From: an uncultured Anaerolineaceae bacterium
Lineage (GTDB): Bacteria; Chloroflexota; Anaerolineae; Anaerolineales; Anaerolineaceae
Reading direction: 5' to 3'
Assembly: GCA_964447155.1 (NCBI GenBank)
Contig: CAYURM010000012.1
Span: forward strand, 14,916 to 78,915
Length of the DNA stretch: 64,000 nucleotides
Shown piece after piece: positions 44,754 through 53,347 of this stretch (within the stretch, counting starts at the first letter, position 1; the number at the start of each line of letters is the position of its first letter). Under the pieces are notes generated by a model, which saw only the letters and a program-made list of their open reading frames with translations, made no database searches and was not told the origin of the DNA. The position numbers and the translations under genes are program-made.

Positions 44754-47003
44754 CTACACCGTCTGCAAATACGCATCAATTGCCTTAGCCGCCTTACGTC
44801 CGGCGCCCATCGCCAGGATGACCGTCGCACCGCCTGTAACGATATCGCCGCCAGCATACACGCCGGCTTTGTTCGTCTGCATCGTCTCATCATCCACAAT
44901 GATATTGCCCCATTTGTTAAAGGCCAGATCTGGCGTAGTCTTCTGGATGATCGGATTAGAACCGTTTCCCACAGCAATCACGACCATATCCACATCCATC
45001 ACATATTCAGAACCTTCAATCGGCACAGGACGGCGGCGGCCGGAATCATCTGGTTCACCCAGTTCCATCTTCTCCAGTTTCATCCCCTTAATCCAGCCCT
45101 TCTCATCGCCGATAAATTCTACCGGATTGCGCAGAAACTCGAAGATGATCCCTTCTTCCTTGGCATGGTGAATTTCCTCCAACCGCGCCGGCATTTCCTC
45201 TTCTGTGCGCCGGTAGATAATATAAGAATTTCGTGCGCCCAATCGTTTCGACACGCGCACGGAATCAAGCGCCGTGTTACCACCACCAATTACGGCCACA
45301 ACCTTGTCCGTGCAATCAAATACCGGGGTGTCATAGTTGGGGAACTGGTAAGCCTTCATCAAATTGACCCGCGTCAGAAATTCATTTGAAGAATAAATGC
45401 CCACCAGGTTCTCACCCGGCACCTGCATAAAACGCGGCAACCCGGCGCCAACGCCAATAAAGACCGCATCATATCCCTGTTCCTTCATCAGCTCGTCAAT
45501 CGTATAAGTTGCCCCCACAACTACATTCTTGCGAAATTCGACGCCCAGATCGATCAACCCTTGCACATCTTCTTTTACAATCGCTTTGGGCAGACGAAAT
45601 TCAGGAATACCATAGGCCAGCACGCCGCCAAATTCATGCAGCGCCTCAAACACGGTCACATCATGCCCTTCCCGGATCAGGTCACCTGCGCAGCTCAGGC
45701 TGGAAGGGCCAGAACCGATAACAGCAACCTTTTTTCCGGTCTTGGGCTTCAATTTTGGTGCTTCCTTCATGCCCATCTCACGCTCGTATGTGGTCACATA
45801 CCGCGCCAGCGCGCCAATCGAAACTGCATCCCCCTTCCTGGTGAGAATACAATGCCCTTCGCACTGTTCGGACTGCGGGCACACCCGGCTGCACACTTCT
45901 GCCAGCACATTGTCTTCCTTGATGATCCGGGAAGCCGCCACATAATCCCGTTCAATGATCTTGTCGATAAATTGCGGAATTTTCACACCCACCGGGCAGC
46001 CAGCCACGCACAACGGCTGCTTGCATTGCAAACAGCGCTGTGCTTCGATTTGCAGCGCTTCTTCAAGAAACCCCAGATTGACTTCATCAAAATTGCGAAT
46101 GCGTTCCACCGCATCCTGCATGGGCATCTCCTGACGCGGGATCTTGCGCCGTTCCGCCGGGGTAGGTACCAGTTTTTCCACCTGCAAATCCAGACGGCAG
46201 AATGACTCCTCTTCTTCATGGGCATACGCCCTGCCGCGTTTTATCAAAATATCAAAATCAACCAGATGACCATCAAATTCCGGGCCATCCACACAAGCAA
46301 ATTTCGTCTCACCACCCACCACAACGCGGCATCCGCCGCACATACCCGTGCCGTCTACCATGATCGTATTCAGGCTGACCACGGTTTTAATGTCATGCGG
46401 GCGGGTCACTTCCACTGCAGCGCGCATCATCGCCATCGGCCCAATCGCCAGCACATAATCGATCTGTTTGCCGGAGTCAATCAACTCCTGTAATTTTTGG
46501 GTGGTGAAACCATGATAGCCGTAACTGCCGTCATCTGTGGTAATGTAACATTCGTCACTAACCTGCTTCAATTCATCTTCCAGGATCACATAATCCTTGT
46601 TTCGTGCGCCAGTGATTGAGATCACATAATTACCGGCTTCTTTCAAGGCGACTGCATTAGGATAAGCCACGCCAGTACCTACCCCGCCGCCAATTACCAC
46701 CACCGTGCCGAATTTTTCGACCTCCGAAGCATGACCCAGCGGCCCCAGCACATCTTCAATTGATTCCCCCACGGCCATATCACACAATTGCTTTGTACTC
46801 TTCCCTGCTGCCTGCACGATCAAGGTGATCGTCCCTGCCTCAGGATCTGAATCCACCAGGGTAAGCGGAACTCGCTCCCCATGCTCGTCAATATGCACGA
46901 TCACAAATTGACCAGGTTTTCGTTTTTGGGCAATGGCCCGATGTTCAACCTCGATACGTTTTACCGCCGGGGCGATGTATTCAGAAGAGACAATGCGATT
47001 CAT
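44754..47003 (-). CDS. Fused NfnA-like (PyrK/SudB-type FAD/[2Fe-2S]) + NfnB/GltD-like (NADPH-dependent glutamate synthase small-subunit-type) oxidoreductase
   Basis: The N-terminal half has a ferredoxin-reductase-type fold ending in MCGGCRV...FACVDGPEF. The C-terminal half has CLQCKQPLCVAGCPVGV...CSRVCPQSEQCEGHC and two Rossmann motifs (VAVIGSGPSSLSCAG, VAVIGGGNTALD). Start at ATG 47003 (MNRIVSSE). Confidence 0.88.
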   Translation of the reverse strand: MNRIVSSEYIAPAVKRIEVEHRAIAQKRKPGQFVIVHIDEHGERVPLTLVDSDPEAGTITLIVQAAGKSTKQLCDMAVGESIEDVLGPLGHASEVEKFGTVVVIGGGVGTGVAYPNAVALKEAGNYVISITGARNKDYVILEDELKQVSDECYITTDDGSYGYHGFTTQKLQELIDSGKQIDYVLAIGPMAMMRAAVEVTRPHDIKTVVSLNTIMVDGTGMCGGCRVVVGGETKFACVDGPEFDGHLVDFDILIKRGRAYAHEEEESFCRLDLQVEKLVPTPAERRKIPRQEMPMQDAVERIRNFDEVNLGFLEEALQIEAQRCLQCKQPLCVAGCPVGVKIPQFIDKIIERDYVAASRIIKEDNVLAEVCSRVCPQSEQCEGHCILTRKGDAVSIGALARYVTTYEREMGMKEAPKLKPKTGKKVAVIGSGPSSLSCAGDLIREGHDVTVFEALHEFGGVLAYGIPEFRLPKAIVKEDVQGLIDLGVEFRKNVVVGATYTIDELMKEQGYDAVFIGVGAGLPRFMQVPGENLVGIYSSNEFLTRVNLMKAYQFPNYDTPVFDCTDKVVAVIGGGNTALDSVRVSKRLGARNSYIIYRRTEEEMPARLEEIHHAKEEGIIFEFLRNPVEFIGDEKGWIKGMKLEKMELGEPDDSGRRRPVPIEGSEYVMDVDMVVIAVGNGSNPIIQKTTPDLAFNKWGNIIVDDETMQTNKAGVYAGGDIVTGGATVILAMGAGRKAAKAIDAYLQTV

Positions 47004-47105
47004 AAATTTTTCCTTTATTAATAAAAATAATGTGAAACACAAAAACACATTTTACATCATACCCTGAAAAAGCAGCAATCGTAAAGATGACAAAACTCTG
47101 CTTCT

Positions 47106-47780
47106 TTGCAAGAATATCTCATATTGTATAGTCAGATTGTCATCCCGGCTGAAATGCGATATGATAAAAACAGCTTTCTCTATTCCCTGCTGCAAAGAGC
47201 GCCCATGAAAAAAGCATTCCCTCCCTATCTCACCGATGTTTATTCCTATCAGGAAAGGTCCAACACTTTCACCATCCCGGTCATTTTTGACTGCTATGAT
47301 GATCTCTTCAAGAAAATCGACCATTCTCCCATCCTTCATAAAGACCTCACCCATGAATTAACCGCATTTCTCATCGAATGTGCGCACGAAATTCCGGCAG
47401 GCTGTCAGTTGGAAATTATTATCCACATTCAGCAGGAACACATCAATCCCGACCAGGAAAACAAAGTAATCACAGCCATTAATAATTATTTTTCCTATTT
47501 GGTAAATCGTGAGTCGCAGGACATGGCAAACAAGAAACACAAGGCGATCAAATATGTCATATTTTCTGCCGCCTTCATCGCCGCAACGGTATTGATGCGC
47601 TCTTTCCTGCCTCCCGGTATGCTGGTATCCATGGTCAGTGAAGGATTGAATATTGGCGGATGGGTATTTCTGTGGGAAGCCTTTTCAATCAATATCATTT
47701 ACATGGATAACGCCAATCCTGAAATTCAGACTGCTGCCCGCCTTTGCCAGGCACCAGTACATTTCACTTACGAAAATTGA
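47106..47780 (+). CDS. Hypothetical membrane protein
   Basis: Soluble N-terminal region followed by two C-terminal TM helices (AIKYVIFSAAFIAATVLM, LNIGGWVFLWEAFSINII). The track start is TTG; ATG 47154 or 47205 is more likely. AT-rich neighbourhood. Confidence 0.5.
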   Translation: MQEYLILYSQIVIPAEMRYDKNSFLYSLLQRAPMKKAFPPYLTDVYSYQERSNTFTIPVIFDCYDDLFKKIDHSPILHKDLTHELTAFLIECAHEIPAGCQLEIIIHIQQEHINPDQENKVITAINNYFSYLVNRESQDMANKKHKAIKYVIFSAAFIAATVLMRSFLPPGMLVSMVSEGLNIGGWVFLWEAFSINIIYMDNANPEIQTAARLCQAPVHFTYEN

Positions 47781-47874
47781 CTTTCAAGGTATGAGGTATA
47801 AAGATATTGATTTAATCAGATAATAAGAGTATATTTAGAATAATTATCTTATTATTGCAAGAAAGGGCAACCTG

Positions 47875-48774
47875 ATGAAAATGGTCTATATGCTTCTGGT
47901 GCACACCAATCCAGACCAAATTGTCCGCCTTGTAAACCGCCTTAATACTCCCCAAACCCGCTTTGTGATCCACGTCTCAAAAAATTGTGAGCCAGACGTG
48001 TATGAGACGCTGCTCGACGCACTGAAACCATACCCTAACATCGCCTTCGCAAAGCGCACTGTGGTGAAATGGGGAAATTTTGGCATCATCCGGGCTTTAC
48101 TCAACTGCTTTGACATGACCTGCTCGCAGGGCTATTCATATGACCGTGCCTATATTCTCAGCGGACAGGATTACCCCTTACAATCGAATACCGTCATCCA
48201 GCAAACCCTTGCCGGCTTCGGCGGCCAGCAAATCATGGAATATTTTCTCCTGCCGGACGACATACGCGGCCACAGCAATAACCGCTGGCGTTATTATCAT
48301 TTCTGGCTGGGCAAGTACCACCTGCACCTGCCGCTGATCCACCCGGCCAACGTGTTCCTGATGATTGCCTCCTGGTTGACCGCCTTACTGCTGCCCAGAA
48401 AAAAAATCCCTTCGGAGATGCAATTATACGGCGGCTCCTTCTGGAGCAGCTTTACCCCCCAGGCAATTTCTTATTTTCATAACTTCGTATTGAGTCCGCA
48501 AGGTAAAAAAACCATTCAGTTTTTCAAATACAACCTTCATCCTGCTGAAATGTTCCTGCAAACTGTGTTAATGAATTCACCCCTCAAGGACACCATTGCA
48601 AACATTAACCTGCACTATGTGAAATTTCCGCCGGAAAGCGGGCATCCTGTCTTCTTCACGGCCAAAGACTTTGATGAACTTGCTTCGAAAGACGAACTCT
48701 TTGCCCGCAAAATCAACTCCCGCATTGATAACCACATTCTGGACCTGCTGGACCAGAAAATCGATACCCGTTAA
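47875..48774 (+). CDS. Glycosyltransferase family 14 (core-2/I-branching enzyme-like)
   Basis: MVYMLLVHTNPDQIVRLVNRL...FVIHVSKN...VKWGNFGIIRALLNCF...SGQDYPL, typical of the Branch/GT14 family. Confidence 0.78.
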   Translation: MKMVYMLLVHTNPDQIVRLVNRLNTPQTRFVIHVSKNCEPDVYETLLDALKPYPNIAFAKRTVVKWGNFGIIRALLNCFDMTCSQGYSYDRAYILSGQDYPLQSNTVIQQTLAGFGGQQIMEYFLLPDDIRGHSNNRWRYYHFWLGKYHLHLPLIHPANVFLMIASWLTALLLPRKKIPSEMQLYGGSFWSSFTPQAISYFHNFVLSPQGKKTIQFFKYNLHPAEMFLQTVLMNSPLKDTIANINLHYVKFPPESGHPVFFTAKDFDELASKDELFARKINSRIDNHILDLLDQKIDTR

Positions 48775-48840
48775 AAATCCTGTTTTGCAGGAACGACTTC
48801 AGCCGTTATAGAAACGCAGCAAACTCAAATTCTGAGGCCT

Positions 48841-50148
48841 TCAATCATAGTCATTCCTACACAGTATCCTTCCCCCTTCCTGCTCTTCCCTCAATCGATC
48901 CACCAACCGTTCGGCCGGCATCCTCACATCCCCAAAATGCAGCACGTCATCCCTGGCAATCTCGCGCTGCACCACCGCTCCCTCCGCCAGCCCCATCGGC
49001 AGTAAATCTTCTCGCTGCACCACATCGGCATTCTCACACTGTCCATACAGCATAAATTGTCCAATCCCATCCAGTTTGTCCCCTGGATGCAAGTCCCGCT
49101 TGGCCGCCGCCACCACCTCCACCCGCAATGCCCCCTGTGGCGCAATGGTCGCATCCCCGTAGAGAGCCGCGCGGGCAATGCTGCCAGCGATTTCCAGATG
49201 ACACAGATGATACGGCCGAATAAAGCAATACAATGGGCCGTCCCCCATCTTGTAATAGCGCATAAACTGCTGATGCAGCGCATCATCGCTGACCGCCAGA
49301 ATAAATACCCCAGGCGCCGGCGCCGCGCCAATCACGTAATCCACAATCCCCTCTCCGGCCAGCAGCGTTTCGACATCAAATTGGCTCACCGCTTCTTCCA
49401 CCGGCGTGCCGGGTGCAGCTTGCAACCCGATCATTCCTCTTTTGGCTACACGCATATTAGTCGCGTTAGCAATCACCGCCTGCTCAAAAGAGATCTTCGT
49501 CCCATCTGCAAATGAAGTTACCATGTGTGCTTTCTGTCCCCATTGTGCCGCAAAGTTTTTCTGGGTCTCCGGTGTGCGGTAGTGGTCTTCCAGCCCCTTG
49601 ATATTCCCGCACAACACCGGCCGCATCCCCATCCCCTGAATGAAGCGGTACAGGTTCATCAGCACACCCGGCTGGTCACCGTCTGCCTCAGTGATCACTA
49701 CCCCCGCCCGGTCAGCCTTCTGCTTCAGGATGGGCCCCACCGTAGCGGTTAATTCGGCATTATAGCCAACGACATGCTTACCGTGCGCAATGGCTGTCAT
49801 CGCCAAGGCGGCCCCGCCTTCAATGCTGGCTGTTAAATCCAGAATAACATCAATCTCATCAGACCGCGCCAGCAGCAGGCCGTCCTCTGTAACCACCGGG
49901 CGTCCCTGATGGATGAACTCACTCACCTGGCTCACCTTTTCAGCCACAACAGGCTGTCCCTGCCCGGTGAGCTGATAGGCTTTCCCCGCATCCTCAAGCT
50001 GATGGCTGGCAATCGCTGCCACCCGGATCCCGGGCACATGGCGGATCAATTGCACCGCTGCCGGCACACCGATATAGCCGGCGCCCACCAGCCCTGCCCG
50101 GATGGGTGTACCCGCATCCTCCAACCGCTGCAAATCCCGGTCAATCAT
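48841..50148 (-). CDS. NAD(P)-binding oxidoreductase with C-terminal SAF domain (homoserine-dehydrogenase-like)
   Basis: N-terminal Rossmann motif IRAGLVGAGYIG. The C-terminal region AAKRDLHPGDKLDGIG...ARDDVLHFGDV resembles a SAF domain. Confidence 0.72.
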   Translation of the reverse strand: MIDRDLQRLEDAGTPIRAGLVGAGYIGVPAAVQLIRHVPGIRVAAIASHQLEDAGKAYQLTGQGQPVVAEKVSQVSEFIHQGRPVVTEDGLLLARSDEIDVILDLTASIEGGAALAMTAIAHGKHVVGYNAELTATVGPILKQKADRAGVVITEADGDQPGVLMNLYRFIQGMGMRPVLCGNIKGLEDHYRTPETQKNFAAQWGQKAHMVTSFADGTKISFEQAVIANATNMRVAKRGMIGLQAAPGTPVEEAVSQFDVETLLAGEGIVDYVIGAAPAPGVFILAVSDDALHQQFMRYYKMGDGPLYCFIRPYHLCHLEIAGSIARAALYGDATIAPQGALRVEVVAAAKRDLHPGDKLDGIGQFMLYGQCENADVVQREDLLPMGLAEGAVVQREIARDDVLHFGDVRMPAERLVDRLREEQEGGRILCRNDYD

Positions 50149-50160
50149 TTTATCCTTTGC

Positions 50161-51390
50161 TCACACAATCTTCACTTCAGGAACAGGAAGGATAAATTTT
50201 CCGCCCCGTTCACGGTAAGCGTGCTGCTGGGCCATCACTTCCTCAGCGAAATTCCACACCAGCAGCAAAGTATACGGCGGAAAATCGCTCAACAGTTTCT
50301 CAGGCGCATAAATTGGCAGATGGGTTCCCGGCGTAAACATTCCCTGCTTGACCGTGCTGCGGTCAACCACATAGGCCAGCAACTTTCCGCCAATCCCGAA
50401 GAAATTGAGCAGCGTTGCGCCTTTTGCCGAAGCGCCATATACAGCCACCTTTTGTCCGTTCTGCTTGCAGTCTTCCAGCAGGGCAACCAGCTCTTCCTTT
50501 AATTCCGCCACGCGCGCGCCAAAATCAGCATAATAGGCAAATCCATCCATACCTTCTGCCTTTTCTTCAGCAAGCAGTTCTCCCACCGCAGGTGAGATCG
50601 TCACACCCGCCTTGCGGATAAACAGGCGCAGCGAACCGCCGTGGATCGGGATACGTTCCACATCCGCCAGCACCAGCCCGTGTCTTCTCAACAAATTGAC
50701 CAGCGCTGTACCGGAGTAATAACACAGATGCTCATGATAAATCGTATCAAATTCGAGGCGCTCGATCAAATCGCGGACATACGGCACCTCGATCACTGCC
50801 ATCCCCTCCGGTTTGAGCAATGTAGCCATTCCGCTCACAAAACCGTTCAAGTCAGCCACATGGGCCAGGACATTATTGCCATGAATCACATCTGCCTGGA
50901 AACCTTTATCGGTCAGATCACGAGCCACATCCATGCCGAAGAATTCGCACAGCGTCGGTACACCTTTCTCTTCTGCCGCTTTCGCAATATTCTCTGCCGG
51001 GTCAATCCCCAGCACGGGGATGCCGTGCTGCTGATAAAACTGCAACAAATAACCATCATTGCTGGCAAGCTCCACCACCAAATGCTGGCAGTTCAGTCCC
51101 AGCTCAGGGATAAGCCGTTCTACAAGATCATGTGCGTTCTGCACCACCGTATCCGCAAACGAAGAAAAATATAGATACTCGCTGAACAACTCCTCCGGCG
51201 GTACCGTCTCCAGCAGCTGTACCAGTTTACAGTCCGGGCAAAAGGCCACCGTCAATGGATAACGGACTTCCGGTTTATCCAACCCCTCAGCGCTGAGCAG
51301 CCGGTTTGCCAGCGGGGTCTCGCCCAATGGGAGGAATGTCTTCAAATGCGTACCACCGCACGAGCGGCAGCCAGTAATCGTCAATGCCAT
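50161..51390 (-). CDS. SAM-dependent NDP-hexose C-methyltransferase-like protein (Zn-ribbon + class I MTase + C-methyltransferase C-terminal domain)
   Basis: CRSCGGTHLKTFLPLGETPLANRLL N-terminal zinc-binding motif. SAM motif VVELASNDGYLL. 409 aa, as in TylC3-type enzymes. Confidence 0.82.
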   Translation of the reverse strand: MALTITGCRSCGGTHLKTFLPLGETPLANRLLSAEGLDKPEVRYPLTVAFCPDCKLVQLLETVPPEELFSEYLYFSSFADTVVQNAHDLVERLIPELGLNCQHLVVELASNDGYLLQFYQQHGIPVLGIDPAENIAKAAEEKGVPTLCEFFGMDVARDLTDKGFQADVIHGNNVLAHVADLNGFVSGMATLLKPEGMAVIEVPYVRDLIERLEFDTIYHEHLCYYSGTALVNLLRRHGLVLADVERIPIHGGSLRLFIRKAGVTISPAVGELLAEEKAEGMDGFAYYADFGARVAELKEELVALLEDCKQNGQKVAVYGASAKGATLLNFFGIGGKLLAYVVDRSTVKQGMFTPGTHLPIYAPEKLLSDFPPYTLLLVWNFAEEVMAQQHAYRERGGKFILPVPEVKIV

Positions 51391-51406
51391 GGTATTCTCC
51401 GCAGGT

Positions 51407-52444
51407 TCAGGCCGTCAACCAGAAATAATGATCGTCAATTTGCTGCGTATCCAGTAGATACTGCAACTGTTTCAGCCGCGTATAAGCACGATGACGGAAG
51501 ATATCGTCTGTCAATCCAATACTGTTGAAAATATGGTACAGCTCCGCAGCCCCCATGGCTGCATCCCGTTTACACTGAAAACCAGGCAAACCGCTGCTGA
51601 TCTTCTCAAAAGATACCCGGTAACTGCGATTGTCACCGTCAGATTCTCCAAAGCTTACCTCGCAACCTGGAAAAGCGCCCGCCACGATCCCGGCAATCTC
51701 TCGAATGCGGTAATTTTCGTCCGTTCTACCCACGTTAAAGATTTGATTGTGGACAGCTTCTGCTGGCGCAGCCACCGCACAGGCCATCGCCTCGCTGATA
51801 TCCAGCACATGCACCAGCGGACGCCAGGGCGTGCCATCGCTCGTCATTCGAATTTCTTTCGTCGTCCAGGCCAGCCCTGCCAGATTGTTCAGCACGATAT
51901 CAAAACGCATCCGCGGCGATGGCCCGTAAGCTGTGGCATTGCGCAAAAACACCGGCGTGAAATGCTCATCCGCCAGCGCGGAAACCTCGCGTTCCACCAT
52001 CACCTTACATTCCGCATACGGCGTTTGCGGGTTAACCGAAGATTCTTCGGTCTTGTAATCATCATTGCCCACCCCGTATACGCTGCAGGAAGAAGAATAC
52101 ACGAAGCGTGGAATGCCGGCTTGTTTACACCACTCCGCCAAACGCACCGACCCATGATGGTTGATCTCATACGTAACCTCTGGATTCAAGGTGCCCAACG
52201 GATCATTGGACAATTCCCCCAGATGGATACAGGCATCAAATCCATGAAGGCGCTCAATGATTTTCGCGTCCCTCGTGTCAGCACAAACTGCATCAATCTT
52301 GCCGGGAGGACCGTATAGCCAGCCATCACTAAAAAACCCGGTATCCAGCCCCGTTACAGCATGCCCGTGTTTCTGCAGCACCGTTACCAGCTGGCTGCCG
52401 ATATACCCACCCGCCCCCGTTACCAGTATTTTCATCTTTGCCAT
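51407..52444 (-). CDS. Extended SDR, NAD-dependent sugar epimerase-like
   Basis: KILVTGAGGYIGS, SSSCSVYG and PYAECK (S/YxxxK) motifs. No TDE-type dehydratase motif. Start at ATG 52444 or 52435. Confidence 0.85.
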   Translation of the reverse strand: MAKMKILVTGAGGYIGSQLVTVLQKHGHAVTGLDTGFFSDGWLYGPPGKIDAVCADTRDAKIIERLHGFDACIHLGELSNDPLGTLNPEVTYEINHHGSVRLAEWCKQAGIPRFVYSSSCSVYGVGNDDYKTEESSVNPQTPYAECKVMVEREVSALADEHFTPVFLRNATAYGPSPRMRFDIVLNNLAGLAWTTKEIRMTSDGTPWRPLVHVLDISEAMACAVAAPAEAVHNQIFNVGRTDENYRIREIAGIVAGAFPGCEVSFGESDGDNRSYRVSFEKISSGLPGFQCKRDAAMGAAELYHIFNSIGLTDDIFRHRAYTRLKQLQYLLDTQQIDDHYFWLTA

Positions 52445-52458
52445 CCAAATATTTGATG

Positions 52459-53232
52459 CTACCAAATTTTCCAGGGAGGCGTGCCGTTATCCCACAACGT
52501 TTGCAGCACATGCTTGTCTGCCAGTGTATCCATACTCTGCCAGAAGCCCATGTGACGAAATGCGGACAACTCCCCCGCCTCTGCCAATACTTCCAGCGGT
52601 CCCAACTCCCACACCGTACTATCATCCTTGAGGTATTCGGTTACCCCCGGCTCCAATACAAAGAAACCGCCGTTGATATACACATTATCCCGCCCCTGCT
52701 TCTCGCGGAAATTTTGCACTTGATGCTGATCTTCTTCCAGATTAAAGACACCATACCGCCCCGGGGGGATAACAGCCGTCACCGTCGCCAATGTATGCTG
52801 GCTGTGGTGAAAAGCGATTAAATCCTGCACATTAACATCACATACGCCATCCCCGTACGTCATACAAATCGTCTCATCCCCGATGAACTCAATTGCGCGC
52901 TTGATCCGCCCCCCAGTGAACGTATTCAACCCAGTGTTTAAACAGGTCACCCGCCACGGTTCCATATCCGAGCGGTGAATTTCCATCGTATTTTCCTTCA
53001 GATTAAAAGTAACATCCGAAGCATAGGCATAATAATTTGCAAAATACTCAAAAATCAGCTCGCCTTTATACCCACAGCAAATTACAAAATCGTTCAAACC
53101 ATGGGCAGCATAGATCTTCATGATGTGCCACAGAATCGGCCTGCCGCCAATTTCCACCATCGGCTTTGGCTTAATACCCGTCTCTTCACTCAGCCGTGTT
53201 CCGTATCCACCCGCTAAAATTACTACCTTCAT
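52459..53232 (-). CDS. rfbF: Glucose-1-phosphate cytidylyltransferase
   Basis: MKVVILAGGYGTRLSEETGIKPKPMVEIGGRPILWHIMKIY, 257 aa, typical of RfbF/DdhA. Confidence 0.92.
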   Translation of the reverse strand: MKVVILAGGYGTRLSEETGIKPKPMVEIGGRPILWHIMKIYAAHGLNDFVICCGYKGELIFEYFANYYAYASDVTFNLKENTMEIHRSDMEPWRVTCLNTGLNTFTGGRIKRAIEFIGDETICMTYGDGVCDVNVQDLIAFHHSQHTLATVTAVIPPGRYGVFNLEEDQHQVQNFREKQGRDNVYINGGFFVLEPGVTEYLKDDSTVWELGPLEVLAEAGELSAFRHMGFWQSMDTLADKHVLQTLWDNGTPPWKIW

Positions 53233-53347
53233 TCTGCCTGCCTTATACCTGAAATATCATTGAGCAAGAGCAATATTTTTTACATGCGGGGAAGCGCTAT
53301 CGCTTCCCCGCGTGACAAACAGGCTTTTCTGCGCCTCGGAAGGCTTG

